DNA of 64,000 bases from Nitrospiraceae bacterium. GTDB lineage: Bacteria > Nitrospirota > Nitrospiria > Nitrospirales > Nitrospiraceae. Under the pieces are notes generated by a model. The model was not told the DNA's origin. It saw only the letters and a program-made list of their open reading frames with translations, and ran no database searches. The stretch spans positions 320,001 through 384,000 of the forward strand of contig JBFWWG010000001.1 of the NCBI GenBank assembly GCA_050246315.1, given 5' to 3'. How positions within the stretch are numbered: position 1 is the first letter of the stretch; every line of letters begins with the position of its first letter. Of the stretch, positions 31,466 to 41,821 are shown piece by piece. The translations under genes and the position numbers were made by a program.

Positions 31466-31959
31466 TGGTGTCCCTTGTACTGTTCGTCAGTCACCTGCTC
31501 CTTCCATACGACATTCTTGCCATCAAGTACGCCGGTGATCACAAGGTGAGTCATGGGAGCATCTGGTGTGGCACCATGCCAGTGCTCAAGGCCCGGCGGG
31601 CACCACACCGTATCACCGGTCTTGAATTGGACGATCTTCCCATCCCTCGTCCCGGTCAGGGCCACACCGGCAGTGACCATCATGTGCTGCCCTGCCGGAT
31701 GAAGATGCCAAGCGCTCCTGGCAGCCGGCTGAAAGGTGACTGAGGCTCCTGAGTAGTGGGCGGTTGGATTGGCCGGAAACAGACGTTCAACCCGAACGTC
31801 CCCGGTGAAATGTTCTTCAGATCCCTTGAAAGCGTTTTGCGGCGCAGCCCTGTACACCGTTTGCGATGCGTCACCTTCTTGGGTGACGCGGCCTGAATCG
31901 GCATGCACGGTGGATGTGCACAGCACCGATAACATCAACATCAAGACCTGTGTTTTCAC
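31462..31959 (-). CDS. Cupin-domain protein
   Basis: FTG.V, WHLHPAGQ, HWHGA; signal peptide; GTG start with AAGGAG RBS. Confidence 0.88.
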   Translation of the reverse strand: MKTQVLMLMLSVLCTSTVHADSGRVTQEGDASQTVYRAAPQNAFKGSEEHFTGDVRVERLFPANPTAHYSGASVTFQPAARSAWHLHPAGQHMMVTAGVALTGTRDGKIVQFKTGDTVWCPPGLEHWHGATPDAPMTHLVITGVLDGKNVVWKEQVTDEQYKGHQ

Positions 31960-32031
31960 CGCGTTGCTCCTTTGCAATTGAATCAAAACGTAATCACCTG
32001 AGACGGAGCAATGAGTCGCTTCCGTCTCCAA

Positions 32032-33123
32032 CTAGACACCCGCCTTTCGTTTTTCGACGATGGCCTTGAACGCGGGAATGTCGAAGCTCCGGGGATCGGG
32101 ACCACCACGCAGATCGCGATTCAGGGTGTCGATCGCCGCCATCTCGTCGACTGTCAGTTCGAAGTCGAAGATCTCGATGTTTGCCAACAAGCGCTCATAG
32201 TGCTGTGATTTCGGCATAACGATCCGACCTTGTTGGCAGTGCCAACGCAGCACGATCTGTGCAGTGGTCTTCCTATGCTTCTGAGCCAAGTTCACAATGG
32301 TGGGGTCTTCAAGGACTCGCACCGGGTTGGTCGGGTCCTTCGGGAGGCTGACGAACACCCCGCCAATCGGCGACCAGCTCTCGGTCTTGACGCCATATCG
32401 CTCGTTGGCCTCGCGCACAGATTCTTGCGACATGTACGGATGCAGCTCGATCTGGTTCAACACGGGCGCTATCTTCGTGCTATCCATCAGGATTTTCAGA
32501 TGGCTCGGCTGGAAATTACTCACGCCGATAGCCCGAATGCGTTTGTCCGCGTAGAGCTTTTCCATCGCCTTGTACGCGGCAATGGTTTTGTTGAAGTCAG
32601 TCGGCACCGGCCAGTGCAGCAAGTAGAGATCGAGGTAATCAAGCCCAAGGGCATTGAGGCTCCTGTCGAACGCCCGCATCGCCTCGTCATAACCATAGTC
32701 TTCAATCCAGAGCTTGGTGGTGATAAACAGATCCGAGCGGTTGACGCCGCTGCGCACAATGCCTTCCCCTACCGCTTTCTCATTGCCATAGTTTGTAGCC
32801 GTGTCAATCAGGCGGTAGCCATTGGTCAACGCGAAGCTGATAACGTCAGCCGCCTGGAAGGTCGGCAATGCAAAGGTGCCAACGCCAAACACCGGCATAT
32901 CAACACCGTTGTTCAGTTTCGTCAGGGGGCTCTTGCCGGACCTGGTAGCTGTGCTGGTTCCTACTGCTGTCGCGTCAGTATTTTTCCCGCCAATAGAGCC
33001 GGCGCTGGCAGCGAGAACGTTCGTACAAGCCGCTGCGGCAATGGCGGTGGCGGCAAGTCCAGAGATGAACGTTCGCCGGCTGCAACTCGCAAGTTCTGGG
33101 GTGTCCGTCTCATGATCGTTCAT
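32032..33123 (-). CDS. Aldo/keto reductase with Tat signal
   Basis: SRRTFI leader; LNNGVDMP, IDTA..YGNE, LYLLHWP; paralogue of 24229-25116. Confidence 0.9.
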   Translation of the reverse strand: MNDHETDTPELASCSRRTFISGLAATAIAAAACTNVLAASAGSIGGKNTDATAVGTSTATRSGKSPLTKLNNGVDMPVFGVGTFALPTFQAADVISFALTNGYRLIDTATNYGNEKAVGEGIVRSGVNRSDLFITTKLWIEDYGYDEAMRAFDRSLNALGLDYLDLYLLHWPVPTDFNKTIAAYKAMEKLYADKRIRAIGVSNFQPSHLKILMDSTKIAPVLNQIELHPYMSQESVREANERYGVKTESWSPIGGVFVSLPKDPTNPVRVLEDPTIVNLAQKHRKTTAQIVLRWHCQQGRIVMPKSQHYERLLANIEIFDFELTVDEMAAIDTLNRDLRGGPDPRSFDIPAFKAIVEKRKAGV

Positions 33124-33324
33124 TGCGGTCTCCTTGGTTTATTGACAACCGCACCCGGAGTTCAGCTCGAGCAGGGATGGGTACAAACTGTCATGAATTA
33201 CGCCTTCAAATAGCCCTTATACGCCGAGTGGCGTTAGGACGATCCTTGAGAGTGTTTGTCCAAAACTCCAAACTGGCAGGACCTTTCTGGACATCGGCTT
33301 AGTCGGCGGATTAGGATTTTGGGC

Positions 33325-34272
33325 ATGGCGAAGACGATCATGAAAGATTGGGGCCAACGACGGTTGGAAACAGACCGGGCGGAGTTGGCCGAGCGTATCG
33401 CGCGGGCACAACCCAAAGACGGCCAGGTTGAAGTGCGCCCGGGCCTGTACCTGAACCGCATTTCTTCACCTCACTATGCCGTTCACGGCATTCTTGAGCC
33501 GTCCTGTTGCGTGGTCGCCGAGGGCAGCAAAGAGGTGACGCTTGGCGGGAAGGCGTACCGCTATGACGCGGCCCACTACCTGATTGCCACCATGGGTGTA
33601 CCGGCGTTTGCCAGGATCGTGAACGCCACCCCTGAACGGCCCTATCTGAGTGTTCGCTTCATTCTCGACCCGGCCGTAGTTACCTCGGTTATCGTCGAAT
33701 CCGGCATCATCCGCCAGAAAGGAGATGGGAATGGCGATGTGAGAGCGGTCGACGTCAGCGCCCTGAGTATGGATATGCTCGATGCGACGCTACGGCTCGT
33801 CAGGGCAGCCGAGTCGGCAGAAGAGTACAGGGTGCTGGGCCCCCTAGTGATACGGGAGCTTGTCTACCGTCTGTTAACAGGCGCCCAGGCCATCCGCCTG
33901 AACCACCTCGCGCGTTTCGGTGGTCAGGATCACCGCATGGTTCGCGCCGTCAAAATGCTGTCTGACCGCTTCAACGAGCCGCTACGCATCGAAGCGGTAG
34001 CCGACCAGCTTGGTATGAGCGCGTCCGGCTTTCACGCCCATTTCAAGGCGGCAACCAACATGTCGCCGTTGCAGTTCCAGAAACAACTTCGGCTCCAAGA
34101 GGCCCAGCGGCTCATGCTGAGCGAGGGTGTCGATGCCGGACAAGCGGCGTATCACGTCGGGTATGGGGACCAGTCGCACTTCAACCGCGACTACAAGCGC
34201 CAATTTGGGGAGCCACCGACGCGGAATATTGCGCGGCTGCGGGAGATGGCTGCGCTGGGGGCAACTGCATAG
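33325..34272 (+). CDS. AraC-family regulator (YqhC-like)
   Basis: AraC_N domain (PS.CVVA.GSK) and HTH (MS.S.FH.HFK..T.MSPLQFQK.LRL); divergent from the AKR operon. Confidence 0.92.
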   Translation: MAKTIMKDWGQRRLETDRAELAERIARAQPKDGQVEVRPGLYLNRISSPHYAVHGILEPSCCVVAEGSKEVTLGGKAYRYDAAHYLIATMGVPAFARIVNATPERPYLSVRFILDPAVVTSVIVESGIIRQKGDGNGDVRAVDVSALSMDMLDATLRLVRAAESAEEYRVLGPLVIRELVYRLLTGAQAIRLNHLARFGGQDHRMVRAVKMLSDRFNEPLRIEAVADQLGMSASGFHAHFKAATNMSPLQFQKQLRLQEAQRLMLSEGVDAGQAAYHVGYGDQSHFNRDYKRQFGEPPTRNIARLREMAALGATA

Positions 34273-34468
34273 CTCGTTGGGCCGTATGACTGGTCGGGCT
34301 ACGATGCACCATCACGCCCGCCACAGCGTCTTGGTGACCGGTACAGCGAGCACATCTGGGCGGCGCTCGCCAGCGATACCGATGCCATGCTCGCGATGCC
34401 AGCCAACGCACCGAGCACGGAACTGATGAACCCGAGATTGGAAACCCAGTAACAGAATTTCATCCCTT

Positions 34469-34772
34469 AACCCACATTATTCATGACCGCTTCTGCCGCA
34501 ACCACCGTGCGACCCGTTGCGATCAAAGAGCAACGGGTGCCCCGGCTGCGACAGGCCTGGACAGTCGAAGGTTATTCTCCGGCGGCGACAATGAAGAAAG
34601 GCTTCGCCCGACGAGCCGCCGGTTCACACGAAGTGTGGTATAGCGGGCGGACTCGCCGCTCGGTCGGCCAACAGACTGTTTCAAGTCTGCCTCCCTTCCT
34701 CGCGGCTCCACACGCCCGTCTCGCCTGGCGACTCCGCAATTTCGCGACGAAGCGTCATGAACAATGTGGGTT
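34469..34772. mobile_element. MITE-like element, ~304 bp, 19-bp terminal inverted repeats
   Basis: AACCCACATTATTCATGAC at the left end and GTCATGAACAATGTGGGTT at the right (1 mismatch); the left ~196 bp are repeated at 37153. Confidence 0.8.
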
Positions 34773-35039
34773 GAAGTTGTTCTTCATCTCTTCAGACGCA
34801 GCAATCAGAAACAGTCTTCCCATGGTCTCCTGTCTCGTTTCTCGACGACACCCGTTCCGTGCGAAATGACTGCCGTCTCACTCACATCGTCTACACGTCA
34901 CCGCTTCGAGTAGGTCTCGCCTAGCGCAATGACGCCGCTTCCGTTCGCGGGCCGCCTCGATTGACTTCGATCTCGCCAGCGCCAGATGATGGCCGCACCA
35001 ATCGGATGCCTCCCATGGCCGGAATGGGAAGGAGGACTC

Positions 35040-36659
35040 TTGGAGAATTTGCATCAGCTTGAGCTCGTCATCATGTTGTTGGGCGTTGCGCTTGCGTTGA
35101 CGACGATTGCGCAGAAAATCGTCCTGCCTTACCCCATTCTGCTCGTCCTCGGCGGACTGTTGTTGGCGCTCGTCCCGGAGATGCCGACCGTCTCGCTCCA
35201 TCCCGATCTTGTGTTTCTGGTGTTTCTCCCCCCTATCCTCTGGTCGGCTGCGTATTTCACATCGTGGAGAGAATTTCGTGCGAACTTGCGGCCGATCTCG
35301 CTTCTCGCCGTCGGGCTGGTGCTGGCCACGACGATCGGCGTGGCCATGATGGCGCGGTGGCTGCTCCCCGGCATGGGGTGGCCCGAAGCCCTCGCATTGG
35401 GCGCCATCGTCTCTCCGCCGGACGCCGTGTCGGCCACTGCGATCGGGAAACGATTGCACATCCCGCGGCGCATCGTCACGATTCTGGAAGGAGAAAGTCT
35501 TGTCAACGACGCCTCCGCGCTGGTGCTCTACCGTGCGGCGGTTGCTGCAGCCATCGGAAGCGGCTTCGACTTGGGAATGACGTTGCTGCACTTCATGTTT
35601 GCCACCGTCGTGGGAATCGCCATCGGGATGCTCGTGAGTATGGCCGCGCGATGGGCCATGTGCGCGGCTCGTGACAGTTTTACCGAAATCGCGATCACCC
35701 TCCTCTCCCCCTACGTCGCTTGGGTGATCGGTGAGTCCGTCCATGCATCGGCGGTGCTCGCTTGTGTGGCTGGCGGACTGTCCATGCGCAAACATTTCAG
35801 CGAGCTCTCGCCGATGACGCGCATTCACGGCCGAGCTGTGTGGGACCTGCTGATTTTCGTCTTGAACGGGTTCATCTTTATCTTGATCGGGCTGGAACTG
35901 ACGGCATTAAAAGAGACCATCCCCGCGGACCGCTTCGGCCCTCTGCTCATCGCCGGAGCGCTGGTGAGTCTGACCGCCATCGTGGTTCGTCTTATCTGGG
36001 TTCCTTTGGCTGCCGCCATCCCGCGTTGGCTCAGTCCGTCTATCCGCCGTCGCGACCCGCTGCCGCCCTGGCAAAACATCTTTGTGGCCTCGTGGACCGG
36101 CATGCGTGGCATTGTGACCCTTGCCGCTGCCTTGGCCCTTCCGATGGCTACCGAATCGGGTAGCCCGTTCCCGTTCCGCTCAGAGATCATCCTCATCAGC
36201 TTCTGCGTGATTCTCGCAACTCTGGTAGGACAAGGGCTCACCCTCTCGCCTTTGATACGCGCGTTACGACTCGATGACGACCACGGATTGGAACAGGAGG
36301 AAATGTTGGCACGACGACAGGCGGCCGAAGAAGCCTTGCAGCGTCTTGAACAACTTGCAGGCGAGACCTGGACGAAGGAGCCGCATATTGAACAACTGCG
36401 CGTCCACTATGGCGACCGTGTCCAACGATTTGGCGAACGGAGCACGGTCGATCAGGAATGTTCTGAAGAAATGACGGCGATGTTTCGTCGTCTTCGACAT
36501 GAAACGATGAGCGCCGAACGGCTCCACCTCATCGCCCTACGGAACAGCGGGACGATCAGCGACGAGATCCTCCACCGGTTAGAGCATGAATTGGATGTCG
36601 AAGCCATTCGCCTCGGCATCGGAGAGCAACGTATCATGGCAAAGAACGTTTCGCCGTGA
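35040..36659 (+). CDS. Na+/H+ antiporter, CPA1 family (NhaP/YjcE-like)
   Basis: FLPPIL, SPPDAV, EGESLVND, GMRGIVTLAAAL; TTG start after GGAGG. Confidence 0.92.
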   Translation: MENLHQLELVIMLLGVALALTTIAQKIVLPYPILLVLGGLLLALVPEMPTVSLHPDLVFLVFLPPILWSAAYFTSWREFRANLRPISLLAVGLVLATTIGVAMMARWLLPGMGWPEALALGAIVSPPDAVSATAIGKRLHIPRRIVTILEGESLVNDASALVLYRAAVAAAIGSGFDLGMTLLHFMFATVVGIAIGMLVSMAARWAMCAARDSFTEIAITLLSPYVAWVIGESVHASAVLACVAGGLSMRKHFSELSPMTRIHGRAVWDLLIFVLNGFIFILIGLELTALKETIPADRFGPLLIAGALVSLTAIVVRLIWVPLAAAIPRWLSPSIRRRDPLPPWQNIFVASWTGMRGIVTLAAALALPMATESGSPFPFRSEIILISFCVILATLVGQGLTLSPLIRALRLDDDHGLEQEEMLARRQAAEEALQRLEQLAGETWTKEPHIEQLRVHYGDRVQRFGERSTVDQECSEEMTAMFRRLRHETMSAERLHLIALRNSGTISDEILHRLEHELDVEAIRLGIGEQRIMAKNVSP

Positions 36660-36669
36660 ATGCGCCGAT

Positions 36670-37147
36670 ACCGAATCGTCACTTCGTTTTCGTGACGATC
36701 GAACGCGAGATCGAGATGCGCGGTTCGGACCGAGAGGTTCCGAATCTCGACTCGCTCGAGGAACGGCGTAAGCACCGGACGGACGAAACTCACGAGGCGA
36801 CGAGGCGCATCAATCTGTAGGCCCAGAACGGCGGTCGCATCGTTCACCAAAGCCGTTCTCGCCGGCACTCGTCCGAAGGCCGGCAGCGAGATCGGTCGGA
36901 GATTGTTTCGAAAGTCTCGCAGAGAGGCGAAATAGACGGCCGACCAAAGGATGGGCGGCTAGAATACGAGGAAGACCGGATCGGGATTGAGCGCGACGGC
37001 GGGCATGCCGGGAACGACAGCCAAGTGGAACCCGCCGATCACCGGCAGAATCGGGTAGGGGACCAGAATTCGCTGCGCGACCGTCGTCAGCGCCAGGACG
37101 ACGGCGAGCAGCAAGACAATAATCTCAAGCTGGTGCAGACTGTCCAT
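36670..37147 (-). pseudogene. Chimeric pseudogene: CPA1 antiporter 5' part joined to a glycogen-debranching-like 3' fragment
   Basis: MDSLHQLE...LVF*PPILWSA...RPISL, then LVNDATA, then LGLQIDAP...PVL..FL..VEIRNL.V..A.LDL.F.RH, all in one frame. Confidence 0.7.
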
Positions 37148-37152
37148 TCACC

Positions 37153-37348
37153 TAACCCACATTATTCATGACCGCTTCTACTGCAACCACCGTGCGACCC
37201 GTTGCGATCAAAGAGCAACGGGTGCCCCGGCTACGACAGGCTTGGACAGTCGAAGGTTATTCTCCGGCGGCGACAATGAAGAAGGGCTTCGCCCGACGAG
37301 CCGCCGGTTCACACGAAGTGTGGTATAGCGGGCAGGCTCGCCGCTCGG
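37153..37348. repeat. Truncated second copy of the MITE
   Basis: Near-identical to 34468-34663, same orientation, right TIR missing. Confidence 0.85.
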
Positions 37349-37377
37349 AAGGTCTGCCAGAGACAAGACGCGACCGA

Positions 37378-37764
37378 TCACTTTTCGATATCAAACCCGT
37401 CGGTCTTCCACCAGCGCCACCCCCCGTCGAGCTCCATCACGGGATAGCCCTGCTTGGCGAACTCCACCGCCGCCGTCGCCGCCAGGTGGCACACTTGGGA
37501 GTAACAGTAGAGGACGTTGATCTTCTTTTTGTTGAGCTTGGCCTTGACCAGTTTGGCATTGCCCCATTCCGTCTTGGGTAAATTGATAGCTCCCGGGATG
37601 TGACCTTCAGCATAGTCTTCCGCCGCCCTTACATCGACGATGTGCACCGGCTGGCCCTGCTTGACCCATCGCTCCAATTCGACCGGCCCGGTTGTGAAGG
37701 CCATCTTGTCCTGAAAATACTTCTTCGCCTTCGCCGCGCTGGGAATCTTGACTGTCGTCGCCAT
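37378..37764 (-). CDS. Rhodanese-like domain protein
   Basis: IVDVR..EDY..GHIPGAINLP, LYC, LDGG...W. Confidence 0.9.
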   Translation of the reverse strand: MATTVKIPSAAKAKKYFQDKMAFTTGPVELERWVKQGQPVHIVDVRAAEDYAEGHIPGAINLPKTEWGNAKLVKAKLNKKKINVLYCYSQVCHLAATAAVEFAKQGYPVMELDGGWRWWKTDGFDIEK

Positions 37765-37775
37765 GAGCTTCCTCC

Positions 37776-38213
37776 TTATTGAGATGAGTCTTCGAGCTTC
37801 GCATCCATCGTAATTGTCGTGTTGAGCAGCCGCGAGATCGGGCAGCCGGTCTTGGCCGCTTGTGTCGCTTTATCCCAGGCCGCCGCATCGGCCTTCGGAA
37901 CCTTGCCCTTCACATTCAGATGGATGTTTGTTACCGTCCAGCCCGCGTCGAGTTTCTCAAACGTGAGCGTCGCCGTCGTCTCCAGCTTCTCCGCCACCAA
38001 TCCTGCGTTTCCTAACTGTCCGGATAGGGCCATGGTGAAACAGCCGGCGTGCGCCGCCGCGATCAGTTCTTCCGGATTCGTGCCCGGGCCGTTCTCGAAC
38101 CTGGTGCCGAAGGAATACTGCGTCTTCGAGAGCACACCGCTCTCGCTGGAGACCGTGCCCTTACCGGTTTTCAGATCACCCTGCCAGATGGCTGAAGCCT
38201 GTCGTTTCATCAT
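37776..38213 (-). CDS. osmC: OsmC peroxiredoxin
   Basis: GTNPEELIAAAHAGCF, CPISRLL. Confidence 0.93.
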   Translation of the reverse strand: MMKRQASAIWQGDLKTGKGTVSSESGVLSKTQYSFGTRFENGPGTNPEELIAAAHAGCFTMALSGQLGNAGLVAEKLETTATLTFEKLDAGWTVTNIHLNVKGKVPKADAAAWDKATQAAKTGCPISRLLNTTITMDAKLEDSSQ

Positions 38214-38837
38214 TGACCTCCTTAAGTGTTGAAGCTTAATACGGCCCGGAATCTAGCCTTGCCGCTCAGCATCTGTTGATAGGCTTCGTTCGCCCGAGCC
38301 ACGGGGCGTGGGTCCATCATGAAGCCGTTCCGATTCGGCATCTGCACCTTCGGCGCCATGCGCGCGTCGATCGCGGCCGATGGCCTCTCTCAGCACCTCG
38401 TCGGTCAGAGGAACACATCGGTCGAGGCCCGCGGCGTCGCTGCCTCCGGTCGGCGTCACGCCGCCTCGCGCCTGATCCACGCCGCTTCGAGGAGGGGCGA
38501 GAGTTTGACTCCCATCCACTCGCTCCTACTCGTCAAGCTGTGGGTGTCTAGACCGGTGACGTCCTGCGCATTCGGCCACCCGCTCCCTGTATTGCCCGAG
38601 CATTCGAAGAACGCACGCCGCGATTGGGATGGCCTCCTCGACGGGGAACATCAGCGACCGCTCAACCAAGCAGGACCTTTTTGCCGGTTGATAGGCCGTG
38701 CGTCCTCATCCATCGCAACCTCCCTTTGCATCGAAAGCTCGCTCCAATGGACATTGTCATCGTGTGGGCGGCTGAGATCAAGGTGGCGTTTTCGCTCCGA
38801 CCGCCTTCACTCGTGCCGCACAGTGGCACGGCCCGCT

Positions 38838-39179
38838 CTACCTATCGATCCGGTCTGGTCCGGAGACATCCTGCGGCAGTGGCGCGCGAGAGGGGAGTCG
38901 CCGGCGGAGGCCCACTTGACCGAGCAGGAAGGCGCTCACCGGCGCAGTCATGAACAGAAACAATGTGATGAGCAGCTCGCGGAGGCTGAGGCCCCCGTCG
39001 ATGCCATGGGCGAGGGCCGCGAGCAGCATGCCGCCGACGCCCAATGTCGTGGCTTTTGTCGGACCGTGCAGCCGCATGAAGAAATCGGGGAGCCGAACAA
39101 GGCCGATCGCACCCACCAGGGTGAAGAAGCTGCCGATCAGAAGCAACAGAGAGACGAGGAGATCGAGCATCGTCGTCAC
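38838..39179 (-). CDS. mrpG: Mrp/Pha cation:H+ antiporter subunit G
   Basis: RLPDFFMRLHGPTKATTLG, TAPVSA. Confidence 0.92.
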   Translation of the reverse strand: MTTMLDLLVSLLLLIGSFFTLVGAIGLVRLPDFFMRLHGPTKATTLGVGGMLLAALAHGIDGGLSLRELLITLFLFMTAPVSAFLLGQVGLRRRLPSRAPLPQDVSGPDRIDR

Positions 39180-39445
39180 TCCATGACCTTGCCGTGGGCC
39201 AGATAGCGGGCCAGCGCCGCCGTCGCCACAAACCCGGTCAGCGCGATCAACAGGGCCGCTTCGAAAAACATCGAGGTGGACAGGTAGATGTCCAGGACGA
39301 TCAGCAGCGCGATGGTATTGATGTACAGCGTGTCGAATGCGAGCACGCGATCAGCCGGGTGGGGGCCGCGTATGAGTCGCGCCGTGCACAGCGCGAGCGA
39401 GAGCGCAATGGACCCAAACGCGACGTAGACGGCCATGGTCAGCAT
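39176..39445 (-). CDS. mrpF: Mrp/Pha antiporter subunit F
   Basis: RLIRGP...DRVLA.D. Confidence 0.92.
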   Translation of the reverse strand: MLTMAVYVAFGSIALSLALCTARLIRGPHPADRVLAFDTLYINTIALLIVLDIYLSTSMFFEAALLIALTGFVATAALARYLAHGKVME

Positions 39446-39924
39446 TCCAGTATCTCCATCAGCGGCTGCTCATAGCGCGTCTTGATCGTCGCAATGAAGT
39501 GCTCCTCGTCTTCCACATGGAGCACGTGCAACCACAAGGTACGGGCGTCGGGCGAGAACGCGACCGACACGGAGCCGGGGACGATGGACACGATGCTCGC
39601 CAGGAGCGCCATCGCATGCGGGTGCGTCACGGCAAGCGGCACCTGCACGAAGCCGGGCCGCAGGCGGACGATGGGCCCGAGCACGAGGCGCGCGACCGTC
39701 ATGTTGGCGACCACGATATCCCACGCCACTCGCAGGGCGAGCCGCACCGCCGCGCCGACCGAGCGGATCCCCGGCAACCCGTCGAGCAGCGGCGCGGCGA
39801 CGAGCGGGATGGCCAGCGCGAGCACCAACGCCAACGCGAGCTGGGCCGGCGAGAGTCCGGCCAGCGCCAGCCAAGTTACGGCCAAGGTCGCCGACAACAT
39901 GGGAAACGGACAGAGGGTCTTCAT
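39439..39924 (-). CDS. mrpE: Mrp/Pha antiporter subunit E
   Basis: DIVVAN..VA, PGS, IK.RYE..L.EI. Confidence 0.9.
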   Translation of the reverse strand: MKTLCPFPMLSATLAVTWLALAGLSPAQLALALVLALAIPLVAAPLLDGLPGIRSVGAAVRLALRVAWDIVVANMTVARLVLGPIVRLRPGFVQVPLAVTHPHAMALLASIVSIVPGSVSVAFSPDARTLWLHVLHVEDEEHFIATIKTRYEQPLMEILEC

Positions 39925-41468
39925 CGCACGCCTCCCATGGCATGAGGCCGGATGAGATCATCGCGGGGAGGTCCGAGCACGGCGTCGACGTAGGCGGCCG
40001 GCTCGACAAGCTGCGCCGCCGTCTCATCGGTGTAGCCGGTGATCGGCGCCGCAAACAGGACCAGGAGCAGGCTGCATCCGATCAATAGGATGACCGCCGT
40101 CCATTCTCCTGTCTGTGGAGGATGTTCTTGCCCCGATGCCTGAGGCTCGGTCACGTTCCAGAGCAGGATGCTGCCGGCGCGCGAGCACCCGATCAGGGTG
40201 AGCACGCTCGTCACCAGGATCACCGTCCAGATCGCTGCGACGCCGCTCTCATCCTGCGTGCTTTGCAGCACCATCAGCTTCCCGAGAAACCCCGAGGAAG
40301 GCGGGACACCAGCAACGGTGGCGCCGCCGAAGAGAAACGCGAGGCCGAGCAGCGCCGGATGGCGTAGCGGAGGGCCTGGGTGCAGTTGATCGCCCATCGC
40401 CCCGCGGCTCCGTCCAAGCAGATCGGTGACGAGGAACAGCACGGCAATGACGAGGGTGGAATGTGCCAGATAATAGAGCGCCGCGGAGAGCGCCGCGCCG
40501 CTGCCGATCGCCACGGCGGTGAGGATGGTCCCAACCGACGCGATCGTCAAGTAGGCGGTCATGACGGCAAGGCGTTCGGCCCCGAGCGCCCCCAGGGTGG
40601 CAAGCGCGAGGGTGATCAGGGCAACGGGCAGGAGCCAAGGGGACGTCAATTCCACGACGGCCCCTGCATCGAGGCCGTAGATCAGCGTGGTCAGGCGAAT
40701 GATCGCGTAGATCCCGATCTTGGTCATGATCGAGAACAGCGCCGCGACCGGAGCGGGCGCGTTCGCATAGGCGGCGGGCAACCAGAAGTATAAGGGAAAC
40801 AGCGCGGCTTTGATCGCGAAGACGCCGAGCAGCAACAGGCCCGCCGTCCGGACGAGGGCCAGATCTTCCGCCCGCACCCGCGCGATTCGTTCGGCGAGAT
40901 GAGCCATATTGAGGGTGCCGGCAACGCCATAGAGCAGGCTGACCGCGATGAGAAAGACGCTGGCGGCGGCGATGTTGATTGCGGCGTAGTGCAAGGTCGC
41001 GCGCAGCCGTTCCCCTCCCAATCCCTGTAGCGCCAGACAGTACGAGGCGATCAACAGCACCTCGAAGAAGACGAACAGGTTGAACAGGTCTCCCGTAAGG
41101 AACGCTCCGTTCACTCCCATCAACTGAAACAGAAAGAGCGGGTGGAAGAACTGCCCGCGGGCATCCCAGCCCTGTACCGCATAGAGCGCTACCGCAAGAG
41201 CCAGCAGCGCCGTCAACAACAGCATGAAGGCGGAGAGGCGGTCTGCAACCAAGACGATGCCAAACGGCGCCGGCCAATGGCCGAGCGGGTAGACCAATGG
41301 CGAGCCGGACCGAGCCTGCGCGAAGATGGCGGCGGCCGCCGCGGCCACGCAGACCGTCGCGCCCACGCTCAGTGCGCGCGCCACCGCAAGCGGCGCGCGA
41401 TGCAGAATCAACAGCAGCCCTGCCGAGAGCGCGGGCAAGACGATTGGAACTGCGAGCAGATGGGTCAT
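39921..41468 (-). CDS. mrpD: Mrp/Pha antiporter subunit D
   Basis: WPAPFGI.L.ADRLS, GDLFNLFVFFEV, WLP.AY, TK.G.Y; start reassigned to MTHLL. Confidence 0.93.
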   Translation of the reverse strand: MTHLLAVPIVLPALSAGLLLILHRAPLAVARALSVGATVCVAAAAAAIFAQARSGSPLVYPLGHWPAPFGIVLVADRLSAFMLLLTALLALAVALYAVQGWDARGQFFHPLFLFQLMGVNGAFLTGDLFNLFVFFEVLLIASYCLALQGLGGERLRATLHYAAINIAAASVFLIAVSLLYGVAGTLNMAHLAERIARVRAEDLALVRTAGLLLLGVFAIKAALFPLYFWLPAAYANAPAPVAALFSIMTKIGIYAIIRLTTLIYGLDAGAVVELTSPWLLPVALITLALATLGALGAERLAVMTAYLTIASVGTILTAVAIGSGAALSAALYYLAHSTLVIAVLFLVTDLLGRSRGAMGDQLHPGPPLRHPALLGLAFLFGGATVAGVPPSSGFLGKLMVLQSTQDESGVAAIWTVILVTSVLTLIGCSRAGSILLWNVTEPQASGQEHPPQTGEWTAVILLIGCSLLLVLFAAPITGYTDETAAQLVEPAAYVDAVLGPPRDDLIRPHAMGGVR

Positions 41469-41821
41469 GACTCGTCCGCCGCCTCGCCGCCCGGCGCCGT
41501 CTCCCTGCCGTCTACATGGTCGCTGCCCGTCTCGTACCTGGTCCGCCCTGCGAGCGCCATAATGAAGCCGGTCATGCCGAACCCGATAACAATAGCCGTC
41601 AGCACCAGCGCCTGCGGCAGCGGATCGGCATAGTGGCCCGCGTCCGGCGCGATGATGGGGGCGGCTCCCGGGCGAAGCCGTCCCATCGAGAAGATGAACA
41701 GGTTGGCGGCGGAAGACAGCAGCGACAGACCCAGCACCATCGGGAAGGTGCGTCCGCGCAGGAGCAGATAGATGCCGCAGGCGGTCACGATGCCGAGTCC
41801 GATCGCCAACATCAATTCCAT
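41465..41821 (-). CDS. mrpC: Mrp/Pha antiporter subunit C
   Basis: DPLPQALVLTAIVIGF; start reassigned to MELML, coupled to the mrpA stop. Confidence 0.93.
   Translation of the reverse strand: MELMLAIGLGIVTACGIYLLLRGRTFPMVLGLSLLSSAANLFIFSMGRLRPGAAPIIAPDAGHYADPLPQALVLTAIVIGFGMTGFIMALAGRTRYETGSDHVDGRETAPGGEAADES

Noticed and set aside
34483..34869. Duplicated ORFs MTASAATTVRPV (also 37168-37581)
   Set aside because: They are translations of the MITE copies, not a protein family.
38319..39206. 295-aa ORF starting MKPFRFGI
   Set aside because: Only the first few residues recall a luciferase-like monooxygenase; the rest has no motif and overlaps mrpG antisense.
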